Origin: Paraphysomonas bandaiensis
Taxonomy: Eukaryota > Protista > Chrysophyceae
Assembly: GCA_965644295.1 (NCBI GenBank)
Contig: CBFFRP010000133.1
Location: 186,001 to 250,000 of the forward strand
DNA length: 64,000 bases
Direction: 5' to 3'
In this document: positions 23,622-37,356 of the stretch, piece by piece
How positions within the stretch are numbered: position 1 is the stretch's first letter
How the letters are laid out: the number at the start of each line of letters is the position of its first letter
Made by a program: the position numbers and the translations under genes
The notes under the pieces: generated by a model
What the model was told of the DNA's origin: nothing
Databases searched by the model: none
The model's input: only the letters and a program-made list of their open reading frames with translations

Positions 23622-26600
23622 CTAGGTACAGCCTTCATCACTACGAGAGCCAGAGACTTCCAAAAACGAAAAGGGTGTGGCATCGGCGTGGTGCGGAGAT
23701 GATTTGGCACTTGTAGTGGCAGACTTGCTATCGTTATGCACAATACTAATGGAATCGGACTCGGAAAGCAATGCGGACATCAGCTCTTCTAAATCAATTT
23801 CACCATCACTATTCATATCTGTCTTAGCTATGATATCATCAACTTCCGTCCACGACACTTCTATCCCTAGGTCGAACAGAGATAGCATCAATTCGTTTTT
23901 GTCAATCGCTCCGGACTTATCTTTATCCATATAAAGAAAGAATTCCTTTGCTTGCATTGCAAAATTCGCCTTGAGATCCTCTGCTTCCTGGTGGGTGTCA
24001 ACTGAAATATCAGCCTTCGAGGACGTGTTTTCAAGGATTGACGGTATCACTGACGGTGCAATATTTTCAGGAATTCCCCAACCTATATTTATGTAATGTT
24101 TATAATAAATTATAAATTATATGCATCAATAACCGTACTTTTCGATTTTCGCCTTATCGCAGTCAAATCATGTCGCGAAAGGCCCAAGTCACTAGATCTT
24201 CTTCTCAGTCTACTTCTGTCATAAGCCATTAGGGCATTCGACCAGAATTTCTTCGTGGGGGCTATGTTAGCTGCATTAGCACGGCCGGTCAAAGATTCAT
24301 CGGACGCATTAGATATAACCGACATGAAACGTCGTTTGCGCCGCAGTCCAGGTTCTTCCAGTTCATCATCCCTACCATCTTCATTGGCATCTTCACATGC
24401 GTCTAACACATCCTCTGCAACGAGGCCCGCAATGCCGAATAAATTTCTTATCGAATCTCCATTGTATTGCCCTTCCACATCATCGGATGGTACCACGTCG
24501 CGTATATATATGTGCGGCCCCGTTTCCGTGAATAGCGATAGTAAAAACCGATATCTCTCTGAGAACGGCATCACACGAAAGAGCTTCCAAATATCCTCCT
24601 GATCGTATGAGAAAACTTCAGTTATTTGACAAGCCACTGCGTTATCGATTCTCATGCCAGTTTTTGTCATTAAACACATTTCCCCGAAATGATACCCTTC
24701 CGTGTGCTTTCCATATATCACACTGTGCTTTCGCTCTAAAATCTTTTTGGCTACTTTTCCCGCCTCGTCAAACACTGTGGGATCATTGGCTAATGTGACA
24801 TCTACCACTCCAGAGACGACGAAGAAAACACATCGACCGGTATCGCACTCAGAATACACTTCCACGTGTGGTAATAGCATCTGCATTTAGATAAATACGG
24901 TTTACAAATACGCATGTGGTAGAATGTCGTACAACACACACCTGTGACTTCAAAGCCAGAGCTATCCGTCCACGTAACGATGGGCGGCAATGGTCTACCA
25001 CTGGTATTGTACGTATTGCCCGTCGGTTCAGTTCCAGAGCCACCTCCGCTGCCATGGGGGCAGATAAACTATTGAGAAACGAACTCTTGTTATGGTCTAC
25101 TCGACGTTCTTTCCTCCACATTGTGTGGTACGTAGTCAATATCGCCGCGCCAATATCAGAATTCAGTCCACGATACCGAATGTAGTTCTCAACACTGCGA
25201 AGCTTTTCTTTAAACAGCACGGTTCCGCATTTATCGTTGTTTTCTAACAAAGATATGATTTGACCTGCAGTGTTTGCACCTAAACATCCCGCGACAATCG
25301 ATAAGAGGACCATGCCGACCATCTCCAAGTCTGTGTATGGAGCAATATCACCTACAAGTGTTACACACCAGGAGAATTAAAATAACGAATACATCAAAAT
25401 CAACACAGTCGAACTCACCATAACCCACAGATGACATCACTACCGCAATAAAATACATAGCTCGATGGTAGCAGTCCCACATTGAGACACTACACACGTC
25501 GTGCTCACCCGTTTCTTCGTTGTACGTTGCGTGTCCATCGGCAATAACCCACGTGAGTCGGTATGTGCTCTGGTAACGATGCAACAAAAAGAATAAGCAA
25601 GCTAGCCAATGATTGACAAAAACATAAAATCCTAAACACTCGACCACCATAATCGTGCATTGTTGCCAGGTCAACCCCATATTAATCAAATGCTTTTGGA
25701 CCTGATATGTATAAATTCACATTATGACAAAAAAGACAAATCGGCAACAATACCTGATTTATTCTATTGAAGAAATTTTTGAGGCGAAAAAGATGGACCA
25801 TTCGAAGCGCAAATATGTGGCGAAACTGTAAGCTGGGAAGTAGCACAAATATTTCTATAGGAATGCTCCCACATATATCCCATATCATATCCCACTTCGA
25901 CTTATACAACTTGTCGGCTGCACGGTAAGAACTTGAATCATCTAGAATGTGCACATGAAACACTTGAACTCGAATGATTAGCTCGATAATGCACAGTGTG
26001 TCGACAGTAAAGTCAACAGCCATGAAATTCTTGTAGAAGTCCACATACTTCCCAAATATAAAAGACACTTCAAAGGGGATAGTGAATGCATAGTAAAACA
26101 TCAGCAATAAGCCACATATATCGAGGACAATCTTCGCAGTTCCCCGGGGGTGTGCTAGCTTCTTCCGCCACGTTTTCTCTGGTTCTTCAACGACAGGACC
26201 AAGTATACGGGACAATTTAGATGCTCCACGACTTATAGATGCCAAATTAGCCGCAACAGCAGAATTACGTCTCTCGTTGCCTTTCTGCAATCTGGTGCGG
26301 AAGTTAATAAATTAGTGTGAGGTAAATGTCACTTCTTGCAAGCAGAAATACCTCGCCAGTGCGAGTTCAGATGCATCTGCACTGTAGTTACAATCTCGTA
26401 ATTCAGAATCGAAGTCATCTTTACGCAGCACGTAGCATACACACACCGTAGCAGCTCGTATGTTGGCCGTCCGTCTGCTTCGATACACCAAACCTGTCTC
26501 CCCAAAAAAACCTCCCTCTTGAAGCTTTGCAAACACTGTCGCTCCATCGTTGCTTAAGACCTATAGATAGCCATATAACTAAACTGTTTAAAACGAGCTG

Positions 26601-29600
26601 ATGTGCACTGCTGTGTACATAAATGCCACGAGGGAACAAAATACTCTATGCGAATATTAAAAACACCATTCTAACCTCAACACTCCCTCTGTCAATGAAA
26701 TACATCTCCTGTCCAAGATCTCCAAAAGAAATAATAATGTCTCCGGTAAAAAACATTTCCTGCTCTAATTTCATACACAAGTTCTTCAGAACTTCATCAG
26801 AGCAGAAGTCGAAAAAGGGACATTGTTTAAAGAATTTCATCTTTGTGTGCTCGCTAGTAGCCACCTGTAGTATATACATCGACGTACAGTTAGCTTTCTA
26901 CCTATATATAATGGTGCATACAATATATTACCTTCAGTGAATAAGGAAGCTCTGAAAATATAGCATTCTGTTTCAGAATAAGTTGTCCCGCATCGGTAAT
27001 TAAGAACTTCATGTAATTCGATACCTATTGCCACACAAGAATTACTTAGAACAGCACAAAGTATATAATGACTACATTATGACGAACATAGGAATTCGCC
27101 TCTACTTCCGAACTATCGTATCATCCATACCTTTTGAATAGTTTCAGGTTTCACTTTATTCACCCGCAAGTGTTGCTTTAAAATTTCCATTTGAGTTACA
27201 ATAGACGATCGATCTTCATCTAACAATGTGACCAGAGAAATAATGCTCCCTACTATCATTGCATTGATAGTGATACCGAAAAACATGGCACCGTAAACAT
27301 AACTCGTCTCATTCATATTCATGGGATACATATCTCCAACCACGTATAGCATCATAGTTGGTATAGCCCATTCCACGGATCGTATGTATCGAGAAAACTG
27401 TGATCCCCCGTCCTGCGGGAGCTTACCCATATAAATGAGAAACTGCACCCAAGTGTGGCGGAATTCACAGGCATTTCCATACATAGCATTCGGTTCATTT
27501 TCGCAGTCATGAGGATGCACCTGAATAGAACACGAAGTAATGATGAGATGACAAAATAAATAGGTGAAATTAACCTTGGAGAATAAATACAAGCCACAAC
27601 CAAGCCAATGACCCACAAGCAAACAGCAGCAAAGAACCTACGAAAAATAATAAGAACATCCACACATTCGTATCGACATGTGTTCACCTGGGCAAGTCTC
27701 ATTGTTGTAAATGAAATCTTAACCATTTCTAAAATCGATTCTGCTTGAGAATGTAATATTTCCCCCTTCAGTATCAAAAAAACCTTTGGGATCCTTAGTA
27801 TTGCCATGATTTTCAATAAACGACTTGTTGAGGCATCGATAAAAAATATCAACAGAAGTTCGTACGGAAACCGGGCCAATACATCGCCCCAAAAGTCAGT
27901 CTTATAATACATATCACGAATAATTGCAGTGTCCACTACATGCCTGCCTCCTATAGACTTTCTGAAGTATGTCCAGTTCAAGTACATGTCTAACAGGAGA
28001 ACTAAGTCGAACGCGTAGTCCAGGAAGTACAGAGAGGGCACAATATCTAATGCCAACCGCAATGGAATCATCGTCAAATTATAAACGAGAATCGCAAGCA
28101 GCATACAGTCCCAAAACATTCGACTCTTTGACCCTACTTCTAACTCCTTGCACCAGTCAAATGGTATTTTCTCAGACGCAAAATCTGTAAACATCAACAT
28201 ATTTCTGCTCCAAAACATACTCCGGAAATCAATGCTTCCAAGTGCACGTACTTTACTACTACCAGAGCTCCGATCAAGTGGACTATCACTGCCAGAGTCA
28301 CCTTGTTGTAATATAGTTTTGCGATTTTTTTTAATTTTTTCATTTAACACTTTTTGAATTCCAGAAACAACGGCCTCACTTTCAGTAGGAAACGAATCTA
28401 ATACCTGCAGTTAAAAAGTTATAATATCGTGACAAAATAGCCTGTGACAACGAAATTGTACTATAAAAACAAATAATATTATCGCTTATAATGAGGTAAC
28501 ATGACTGGAAAGTAATATCAATACCTTCTGGAATGATTCCTTCGAAAGAATGTAAGTATCCGAATAGTCACGAGCATAAGCCGAGGCTGATCGCACACCA
28601 ACCTATAGAGGCATCCATCTTCACAAATGGATAATATATTGAGGGTGTTTTATACCTTCAATAGGCAGCTCTCCCCTATGTAGTCACCGTTGACAAGAGA
28701 TGCATATACCACTTTGCGATCGGGAGATGTGACGACAATGTTGCCACTCTCAATAACAAACATTTCTTTGCCGTGCTCCCCTGCACGAACCACTTCATCT
28801 CCATCTAAGAAGAGTCTGTGATGTAAGAGCCCCAAGATCATCTCCAGCATAGGCTCAATACAGTTAGAAAAGAAAGGGATTTTTACTAACACAGACCCCG
28901 CGACAAACTTTACCACAGCCTGACGCAGTGGTTGCGGCAAACCGGCCAGTACTTCTGCTTCATTTACACCACTGGTTTTGGAAAACCTGTACTGGTAAGA
29001 GTACATAATTTTTTGCTCCATCTCAGTTGGAATTCTTTTGAATTTCATAAGACGGCCGACAGTGGCCATGTGTTCTTCAAATCGTCGCTTATCAAGGTTG
29101 TAGTTGGCCATCAATGATGCTATACTGCCGAGCAATGCATTGATGGTTTGGCACCCGCATATCAAAATCACGCAGCATAAAATCATCTCCACTAGGTTCG
29201 AGCTCGGAAGATCGGCGGTACCAGCAGATGACATCCCATTAATTGCCCTGATAGACAGAAACAAGAATCACGGATAATTCAGGTTATGGTAAGAAAAGAA
29301 CAAACACACATTACATACAAACTATACAACATTAGCCTTTTACCTACCAATATATTCCGCGTCTGTAAGGACTAAATCCATACATGCCATCATATTCCAT
29401 ATAAAGGAAATCTGATTCACTGTCCTGTATTTTCCAATTGATATCCGCCCCAAAAAGTTTGGTACTGGTGTCAGCAGTCAGTTGCCAAAGACACCCAACC
29501 CAATGGCAGAGCTGAGGACAAAAAAAGACAATTAAATACATGTAGTATCAAGTATGCATAGTAATCAGGTTCCAATACAGCATTGACTTACCAGAAATAA

Positions 29601-32314
29601 GGCAGAGTATAGATTGATAAATCGCCTAGATGTGAACGATAGCGTGTACCCCGAGGATGCCGAGAAAAACTTCTCGGCTCGGTCTGAATAATCATTCAAG
29701 CGTCCAAAATGAAGAATTTTAGATAACCGCAAAATAGGGAGATATTGGGCACCGAACCCAATAGCCAATATATCAAATGGAAAATGCCGCATCACTTCAA
29801 TGAAAACGTTATTCCTAGTGACGAAGTTCTTGAAGATATCTCGGGGTTGTACATATAAGACACTTTCATATAAATAAGAAAACGTACAGCATCTGAAAAA
29901 TAAATCTACACCAAGAGCAAAATCGATCAGAAAGCTCCAATACAAGCACACTTGATATGTGGAAAAGAAATGCGGGTTAAGTGTATCAGCGAGGAGGATA
30001 GGAATAGTGACCCAATAAAACGTCAAAGCCACAAACACGAATAAGTCCCACATATTACGAAAAGATGACGATGGTTTCATCATATCACCCCATACCGAAC
30101 GAACTTCAACCTGAAGTGCCCCTACAGACCATATCATTCTCACGGTTATCACACATTAAGATTTAACAATATACAAGCTCTAATATATCAATATAATTCA
30201 CACCATTGAAAACAGAAGAACCATAAAATAGCAATATACAAGTGGATTTATGTTCTAGATATCGTAACAGCCCCACACTCACACACAAGTAATTTGTAAA
30301 AATTACCTGTCCCCATATGAGACATATGGGACACCGCAGACGACATCCGCAGAAACCTTTGAGAAGGTTTATTCGATATCAAACCACCAGTACAGGCCGA
30401 CGCGAACTCCTCATCGGAAAGGTACATTCGGCATGTGCGTCTGAACTTCGACCGGCTCAGATACAAGATCTCACACACGCAAGCTCCGGATGAAAGAGTC
30501 GATGAGAAGACAAACTGCTGCATGAGAGCTTGGACTCCATATGCCTCACCTTGCCGCATTGCTTGAGATATTACGAAGTGAGTGCTCTTAGAATCATTGC
30601 CCTGACTTCTTTCATATATTTTAGATTCGCTTTGAGGACGATCTTGCTCTAGCTCAAACGATGCATTCGGGGATCCCATTTGCGGAGGACTGGCCGAATC
30701 AACACAATCATTCTGGTTGCTTGAGTAAACGAATGCCTCACCCCTGTGAAAAAGAAAGACGTCAATTCGCAATATTCACACCTAAGCATTCCTAAGCAAC
30801 TAAACACCTAAGTTGAAAAGAGATATATAGAGTTGCGCGGGAAAACGCTCTAGGTTTCCACTGACCTGGAAACAATATACATTCCACGAGCTTTCGTTCC
30901 AGCAGCCACAATTACATCACTAGGAGAGTACATGAAAATTTCTATGTCTTCAGCCAGCGCATTCAGAATCGCTGTGCGGAATGACCTCAAGAGTTTGATA
31001 TTCTTGAGGTAATCACGAACAGTGGCTTGCTTGATCTTACATACAATGTTATGCGGTAGTTCAACCATCAGCTGTATCACAAAAAATTAGTACCAAGCAG
31101 AATACGTACAACGACACAAAATAGTACCCGAGATTCATCCAGTCCATTTAATATTTTCCACTGATGATAATAGAATGACTTGATTCGGTCCGTGAGCTCG
31201 GTAGGTAATGATCGAAACTGAGCATATTTATTGAGATTTGATATCTGTTCGGTATATTTGGTTCTAGCAGAGTCGAAAACATTAAAGAGCAAGATCAAGT
31301 TACTTATTGCAAGGATTGCCAATACGAGAGCGAGATAGAAGTAGAACATACAAAAACTCGTCTCAGTATCAGAGATTGGAACCACATCACCAAACCCAAC
31401 AGTTTGCTATTTATAATATCAGGGGTAGAGACATTTATTCGCATTGTACTCACCTCTGTTACGACAGACCAGTACAAGGACCGTATATATCGATAATATA
31501 AAGGTTTTGTGAAACGGATATCTCCAGCAGGGCCAACTTCTGCAATCCCATCATTAGTCATCCAGGTAGCTGTGACCCCTCTATTGACCATTAGATCCAA
31601 CGCTAAGGCGTGAAATGCACAAGCGGCGACATGAGCCAGCACAATCATAAATAATGTGATTGCCAATACTCGATGAGCCGAAGCACCGAGTAAAATGTTA
31701 TTCTTTTCTAAAAACATAATTATTTTCTCCCAGTACTTTTTTAAGTAGACTATACGTAGCAGGCGCATAGCACGTAGATAGTAGTAATATCTGTAGCCGG
31801 CAAAGAACGCCGCGACTTCGAATGGAAACAACATCAGCACGTCCAATGTAAAGTATAGTCCTTTTCGACTACTAATATCTCGCCATATATTTCCTTTTGA
31901 CAAAATATCAATCGATGTATTATCATCATCCGCCATATTTTGAGTTTTTTCATACAATTTGACAACTGTCTTATACGCGGACACTGTGTCCTCTCGTTGA
32001 CTGTCCTCGGGACAAACTCTGTTGAGGGGCGTACGATACGAAAGGCCACGCATTGCGCCTGCAGATCGGAATATTTCTTTCACAGAGCGCTTGATTCTCG
32101 ATAGCCTTACGTTCCAAAATAAATCCACTAGGAAGAATATGTCGACCGCATAGTCCAGAAATAAAGCAATCCAGTGGCCCGAATGATACGCAACATGCGT
32201 TTGAAAGCCGAATCGGAATGCGATGGAACATATGTAATAAATAGTAAAAAACAGTCGACACACTTCCAGCAGCGGTATCGCATATGATGACGTCATTGTG
32301 TCGAACATAGTCAT
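23622..32314 (-). CDS. Four-repeat (6TM-pore-CNBD)x4 cyclic-nucleotide-domain K+-type channel (tetraKCNG/CNGK-like) with C-terminal EF-hand pair
   Basis: Four S1-S6/C-linker/CNBD modules. The inter-repeat junctions splice in frame through GT-AG introns. Pores read TVGFGD, SAGTAD, LYVVGD and SVGYGD. EF loops are DKDKSGAIDKNE and DMNSDGEIDLEE. Confidence 0.88.
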
Positions 32315-32879
32315 GTACTGGGAGGTAATATCAAACTACCTGTTCGCTATATAAATAAGACCGGGGTTAGCTGCCATCGACAGAGGAAGATACTTATATC
32401 CAATCTATAATTGGTATGTTAGGGTCCAGGTATACTGTGAGGAGTAGCATCACCTGAGAGCTGTCATGATATAGTGATGTGCCGCATCGTAACTGTTAAT
32501 ATCATGTACATGCATGTATATGTCAGCAGAAATCATTCCACTACACCTACACACGTATGGTATACACGCACTATACAGCGTATACAGTCGACTCACACTG
32601 CAATGCAAAACGATCCTGTATATACACGAATTCCCTACTAGATACGACCCTTTTCTACACTTTCATCAAACGAATCTAGAATTGTATTTTCGTGCTTTTT
32701 TCTCTAAAATCTCCTATTTTCCATCTATGAAAACTACGTCCTACTGCCTGTAGAGCACGGTAGTACTGATGGTCATCAATACACTCATATGTCCAGCATG
32801 ACTTTGCTGTGCAGGTAGCAGTGCGGCATAGTGAACAGAGAGCATCAGACATCATCTACTACACACCTTATCCTCAACA

Positions 32880-34015
32880 ATGCCTACATTTGATCGTGAT
32901 CTCATTGAGTCGATCGAGAGGTGTCTTCTCTTTTTCGGAGAGATCAGCGGCACGGACACAGATGATAGAATATACGACAATCTTACTGATATGTGGGATT
33001 TTGAGCTTGGCAATAATTCCACTGGATCAACTTGGTATTCGAAGGCATATGACTACTGGGAGAGTGAAGAGAATTGTCCAGTTACTGATGACGGTGTGTT
33101 AGGTGGATATGGACATGTTACGGATGCCGATGTCAAGGACTCCAATGCTTTCTTGGATGAGATATTAGCATCCAGTAATCTCAAATCTTTTGAAAAAGTT
33201 GCAGGTAAGCAAAACTAGCAGCGTCATGTGTAATTTATATTTGGGATATTTTTGCTTCAATGTAATGTACTGTTTGTGATCCAGATTGCGGAGCGGGAAT
33301 CGGTCGTGTCAGCAAGCACTTACTGTTGCCTCGGTGCGCCAATGTCGACTTAGTTGAACAAAGTCCCCGGCTTTTGCAAGCATCAGCAGAATATATAGGA
33401 CCGGACAGTAGTCGTACTAGCTGCATCTGTACTAACCTTCGAGTAAGTTCTGATTCGCACGATGTTTTATAATTTCATTTTAATCTCAGGACTTTACACC
33501 GGAACCTGATACATATGATCTGATATGGGTGCAATGGGTTGTAGGCCATCTACATGATGAGGACTTCATATTATTTTTCCGAAATTGTGCCCGCGGTCTT
33601 AAGCCCAATGGCGTAATTGTATTGAAAGACAACTGTGCCGATGACTGGACATTTGTGGTTGACAAGACCGACAGCAGCGTATCCAGGTGCGTATGAGATT
33701 CCGTATAAATTGGTTTTATATCAGTCGTATGAAAATGGTAGTGTGTTTGCCAAGTGTTATATTTGTTTTTTCAGTATCATGGTTGTGACTTGTTAATTTT
33801 CACCACTTGCTTCTATTCATTTCTTCATGTTGTGATTTTTGTGAAACTGCTGCCGCTTATATATGTGTGCATGCAGGTCATCGGAGTATATGAAAATATT
33901 GTTTGACTTCGCCGGTCTCAAGATCGCCTTAGCGAAGAAGCAGACCGATTTTCCAACTGAACTTTCTTCGGTTTACATGTTTGCGCTTGTTCCCAATGAT
34001 ACCGGTCATAAGTAA
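32880..34015 (+). CDS. NTMT1: Alpha-N-terminal protein methyltransferase 1 (4 exons)
   Basis: WYSKAYDYW..TDDGVLGGYG, A|DCGAGIGRV, YDLIWVQWVVGHL, LKPNGVIVLKDN, DSSVSR, QTDFPTEL..VYMFAL. Confidence 0.93.
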
Positions 34016-34649
34016 CTTATTATAGTCGTAGTGAAACCAGCTGTTGTTGTTTGTTATTGCTACTATTGTGAAGCTAGACAGTCGGAATAGTTCATATGAT
34101 TCTAGTCGTCAAGAAAAGCCATTTTTCTATCTAAACATCTAAACTATCTTCTATCACAATTTTGATACCGACCGTCGTTTATATGTGGTATATTTACACA
34201 ATTTAGGGAACCACAATGATGAGTCAACTTTCAAAAACAGATTATCAAACACTCTAAGTGTATTCCTTCCTTCGTCTGATTTAGAAAGTCATAATGTTAT
34301 AATCATCAGAACTGTTAGAAAATGACATAACTAAACAAGTCTTTCACTCTTTGCTGAGATTATTAATTATAAACATATAGCAAAATTATGATCAATATCA
34401 CTTGTCATTCACTGTCAATCACCAAATTTATGTTTTCTCAACTACCAATGATTTCCATGCAATCTTACGTATATCACGATCTTAAACGGTCAATATATTT
34501 CAGTTTCAAAACCATGATTGCTATCATGACATTAGTTCTCATGTTTTCACAATATACTTAACCACTTCTGTGTTCTTCCATTAACTGTCATAATTACAAT
34601 TCCTTAGAACTACAGCTTTCAATTGTTCTCAAACAACAAAATTTCAACA

Positions 34650-35100
34650 ATAACCAGGACTTCACAACAATACTTCAAGAATATTACTGAAGAGTTCGAA
34701 TGCCATATCTGATGCTGAAGGTGATATCATACACACAATGTTCGAATTAGTTGCACTTGCAGAGGTTAAGCGTGTTGTATATAAATGTGATTATGATGTC
34801 AACGACCACATGAAGCCTCGTGCGATTTTCTATACCTCGTCATTGCTATTTTCTCAGTTCCCTTCTGTGGTGGCTGCTGTTGAAATTTCCATTCCCTTAT
34901 GTAGATAGTATATACCATTGATTTGAAAGAATGCTTTAATTTTTCATTGTTTTCTTAATGTTAATCACGGAGCACCTACTTCCTCTTACAGCAAATAACT
35001 ACATACTTTCTTCAACATCATGAGAATAAGCTACAATTTAACCTAGGGTAAGGAGCATCGTACCTTGTTCAAATTTTAAAACCAGGGCTTTTTGCCCTCC
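34650..35100 (+). mobile_element. Hairpin-ended repeat element, copy B (homologous to 2600-3095, inverted)
   Basis: CTTCAAGAATATTAC..CCATATCTGATGCT, TATCATACACACA..TGCACTTGCAGAGGT..TGTATATAAATGTG and TCATGAGAATAAGCTACAATTTAACCTAGGG..AAATTTTAAAAC..GGGCTTTT all match the reverse complement of copy A. Confidence 0.8.
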
Positions 35101-35852
35101 TTAAGTGATACCGGGCCGAACATACATATTCGGAAACTAACAAGAAATGTAGAAGTAGAGCAGCCTGTCATACAGATCTCGCGTATTACTTCACCATATA
35201 GTGATGGAGCTTTTCGCACTTTTGTTTTAGCTATGCTGCACTGTGCTGTGCAGTCGTTGCACATTCAGTGCATAGAATACAACTTCATTGCAAGATGAAT
35301 ACGTATGTTCCTGTTAAAGAGACATGTGAATAAAAGTGGCAACACATGACACTGTTTGTGTCAAATGACCGCTGAATCGCAAGATTGCAATAGGCATTAC
35401 ACTAGTATAGATACCAATAAGAAGGAAGGCAATATCTTGAATATATCCATATCTAGATATCCATCAACACCCTGCCTGCCTGCCTGCCTGCCTCTCTGGT
35501 ATTCCATTGTATTCCTGTATTCTTGTATGTGAAATGCTCTAGAAAGTAGAAGAATGACTGTTGAGATGTTGAGATGCTGCAGTATGTATGTGTATTCCTC
35601 TTGTATTCTGTGTACACCCTCCTACTATCACATACATACATAGCACAGCACACAACATAACGGCATCACTCGTCATGGATGTATCGTATCATGCAGAACA
35701 CCTCACTGCACTTATAATATCAGTCGTTATCTATCTCTAAACAGAGAACGAGCACATCATTCACAGCGCGTGCAAGTGTCGTTATTACTTGACTTTTATA
35801 AGGACTCTTATTCACTGCGAACAGTTCGATCACATATAACTGTAATTTACGC

Positions 35853-36690
35853 ATGTTTTCTCATATTTCAGGCGATGAAACAGTTGTCTTCGGCCTCACA
35901 TCAAAAGATGCGGAGCTATGGGCACTTATATTCGGTCTTCTCGCTGTTTTTGGCGGTATATTTATGTCGTGCGCATGGTACTGTGGTACTGCGACACAGT
36001 CTGGACAACAGAGTCCGTCATACTCTGCAGCAGAGGTAGATGAAGAGTCTCCTGAAGTAGGTCTTAGCAATCCTCGTTCTGATGCGGAATTTGAAGTCGT
36101 ACACCCGTCTCTTGGTAACCAGTCGATAGTTAGTCTGGGTGATATGAGCTATAATTCCATTACTTCCAAACACTCAACGGGTTCTCGGTCCTCCCGAAGT
36201 CCAATACACACCAATGGTAGATTGTATTATTTATTATGTTTTGAATAATACGCTGTATATAGGAAATTCGTCAAGTTTCAGATCACCGTCACGTGGGAGA
36301 TCACTGACGCGAAAACTCTCTAATTCGCCAGATAGAGCGGATAAATCTTCCTCTAGCCCACCCCGAAAACATTCGAATTCTCCCAACAGAATGGACAAAC
36401 CAAGCACCGGTGCTCCGAAAAAACCGTCCAGTTCACCTGACAGGACTGAGAAACAGAGCTCCGACACACAACGTAAGCTCGCCCAGGAAGCCAGTAAACC
36501 TAGGAATCGATCTCCGCAACGAAAGAATTCTAATTCCCCTTCGAAGCCACATTCACGGTCCCCATCTCCATCCCGCTCGCCTGGTAAACATATCGCCAGT
36601 AATGCGCATTCAAAGCCACCTCTGAAATCAAGATCACCTCCGAAGTCACGTCCTCAACCAAAATCTAAGACGAGCAGTAGTAGTTCTTAG
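35853..36690 (+). CDS. Hypothetical single-pass membrane protein with Ser/Pro/Arg/Lys-rich disordered tail; 5' end unresolved
   Basis: TM segment LWALIFGLLAVFGGIFMSCAWY. ORFs 35853 and 36214 join through a GT-AG intron at about 36218-36262. Confidence 0.6.
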
Positions 36691-37356
36691 TATCCTCTTC
36701 ATATGTAGCCCAAGTGTACATATAACTTTCTGTGTTTTGTAATGAAAGTTATTAGCTAATTGTAGTTTAGTTAGAGTGTTATCGATTGTAACGATAGCGG
36801 TGTGTATAGGGAGTATCCCGCCATCATAACTTTCAGTTATATTGATTGCAGTAAATGCGTTATTAACTGGCTATAAAGTGTGTAGTTATGAAAAACGCAG
36901 TAAATATAAACTACGATTACGCGTATGTGTCAGGCGAAAATAGCTACACAGCAAGTCTAGGGAAGAATACATTACCAGCTAGATTCACTAATTACTGTAT
37001 GGGTACATTGGTCCTAACCGGGCGAGCAAACAGTATTTTAACACTACAAAATATCAAACTACACAATGTGGGTTGATACCTAGCCGTGATAAACAAATAC
37101 AAGCGACGTTTCCTGCGCCCAGTTAACAAATACTCGTACCATCATCGGGAATACATTCTTAAGAAATTAACAATGTAGTTAATACGGATTGCCTCATGTC
37201 ATTTTTAGCGGTAAGTACATATGAATAAATATTCGACACTACTATGAAACGGGAGTACGGGAGTATATAATAAAAACAAAGCATATTGACTTCAGTTTAA
37301 AGTTCTATATATGTGCTTATTACAGTGAAGTTGTTAAAACAACACAAAGCAGGTCT

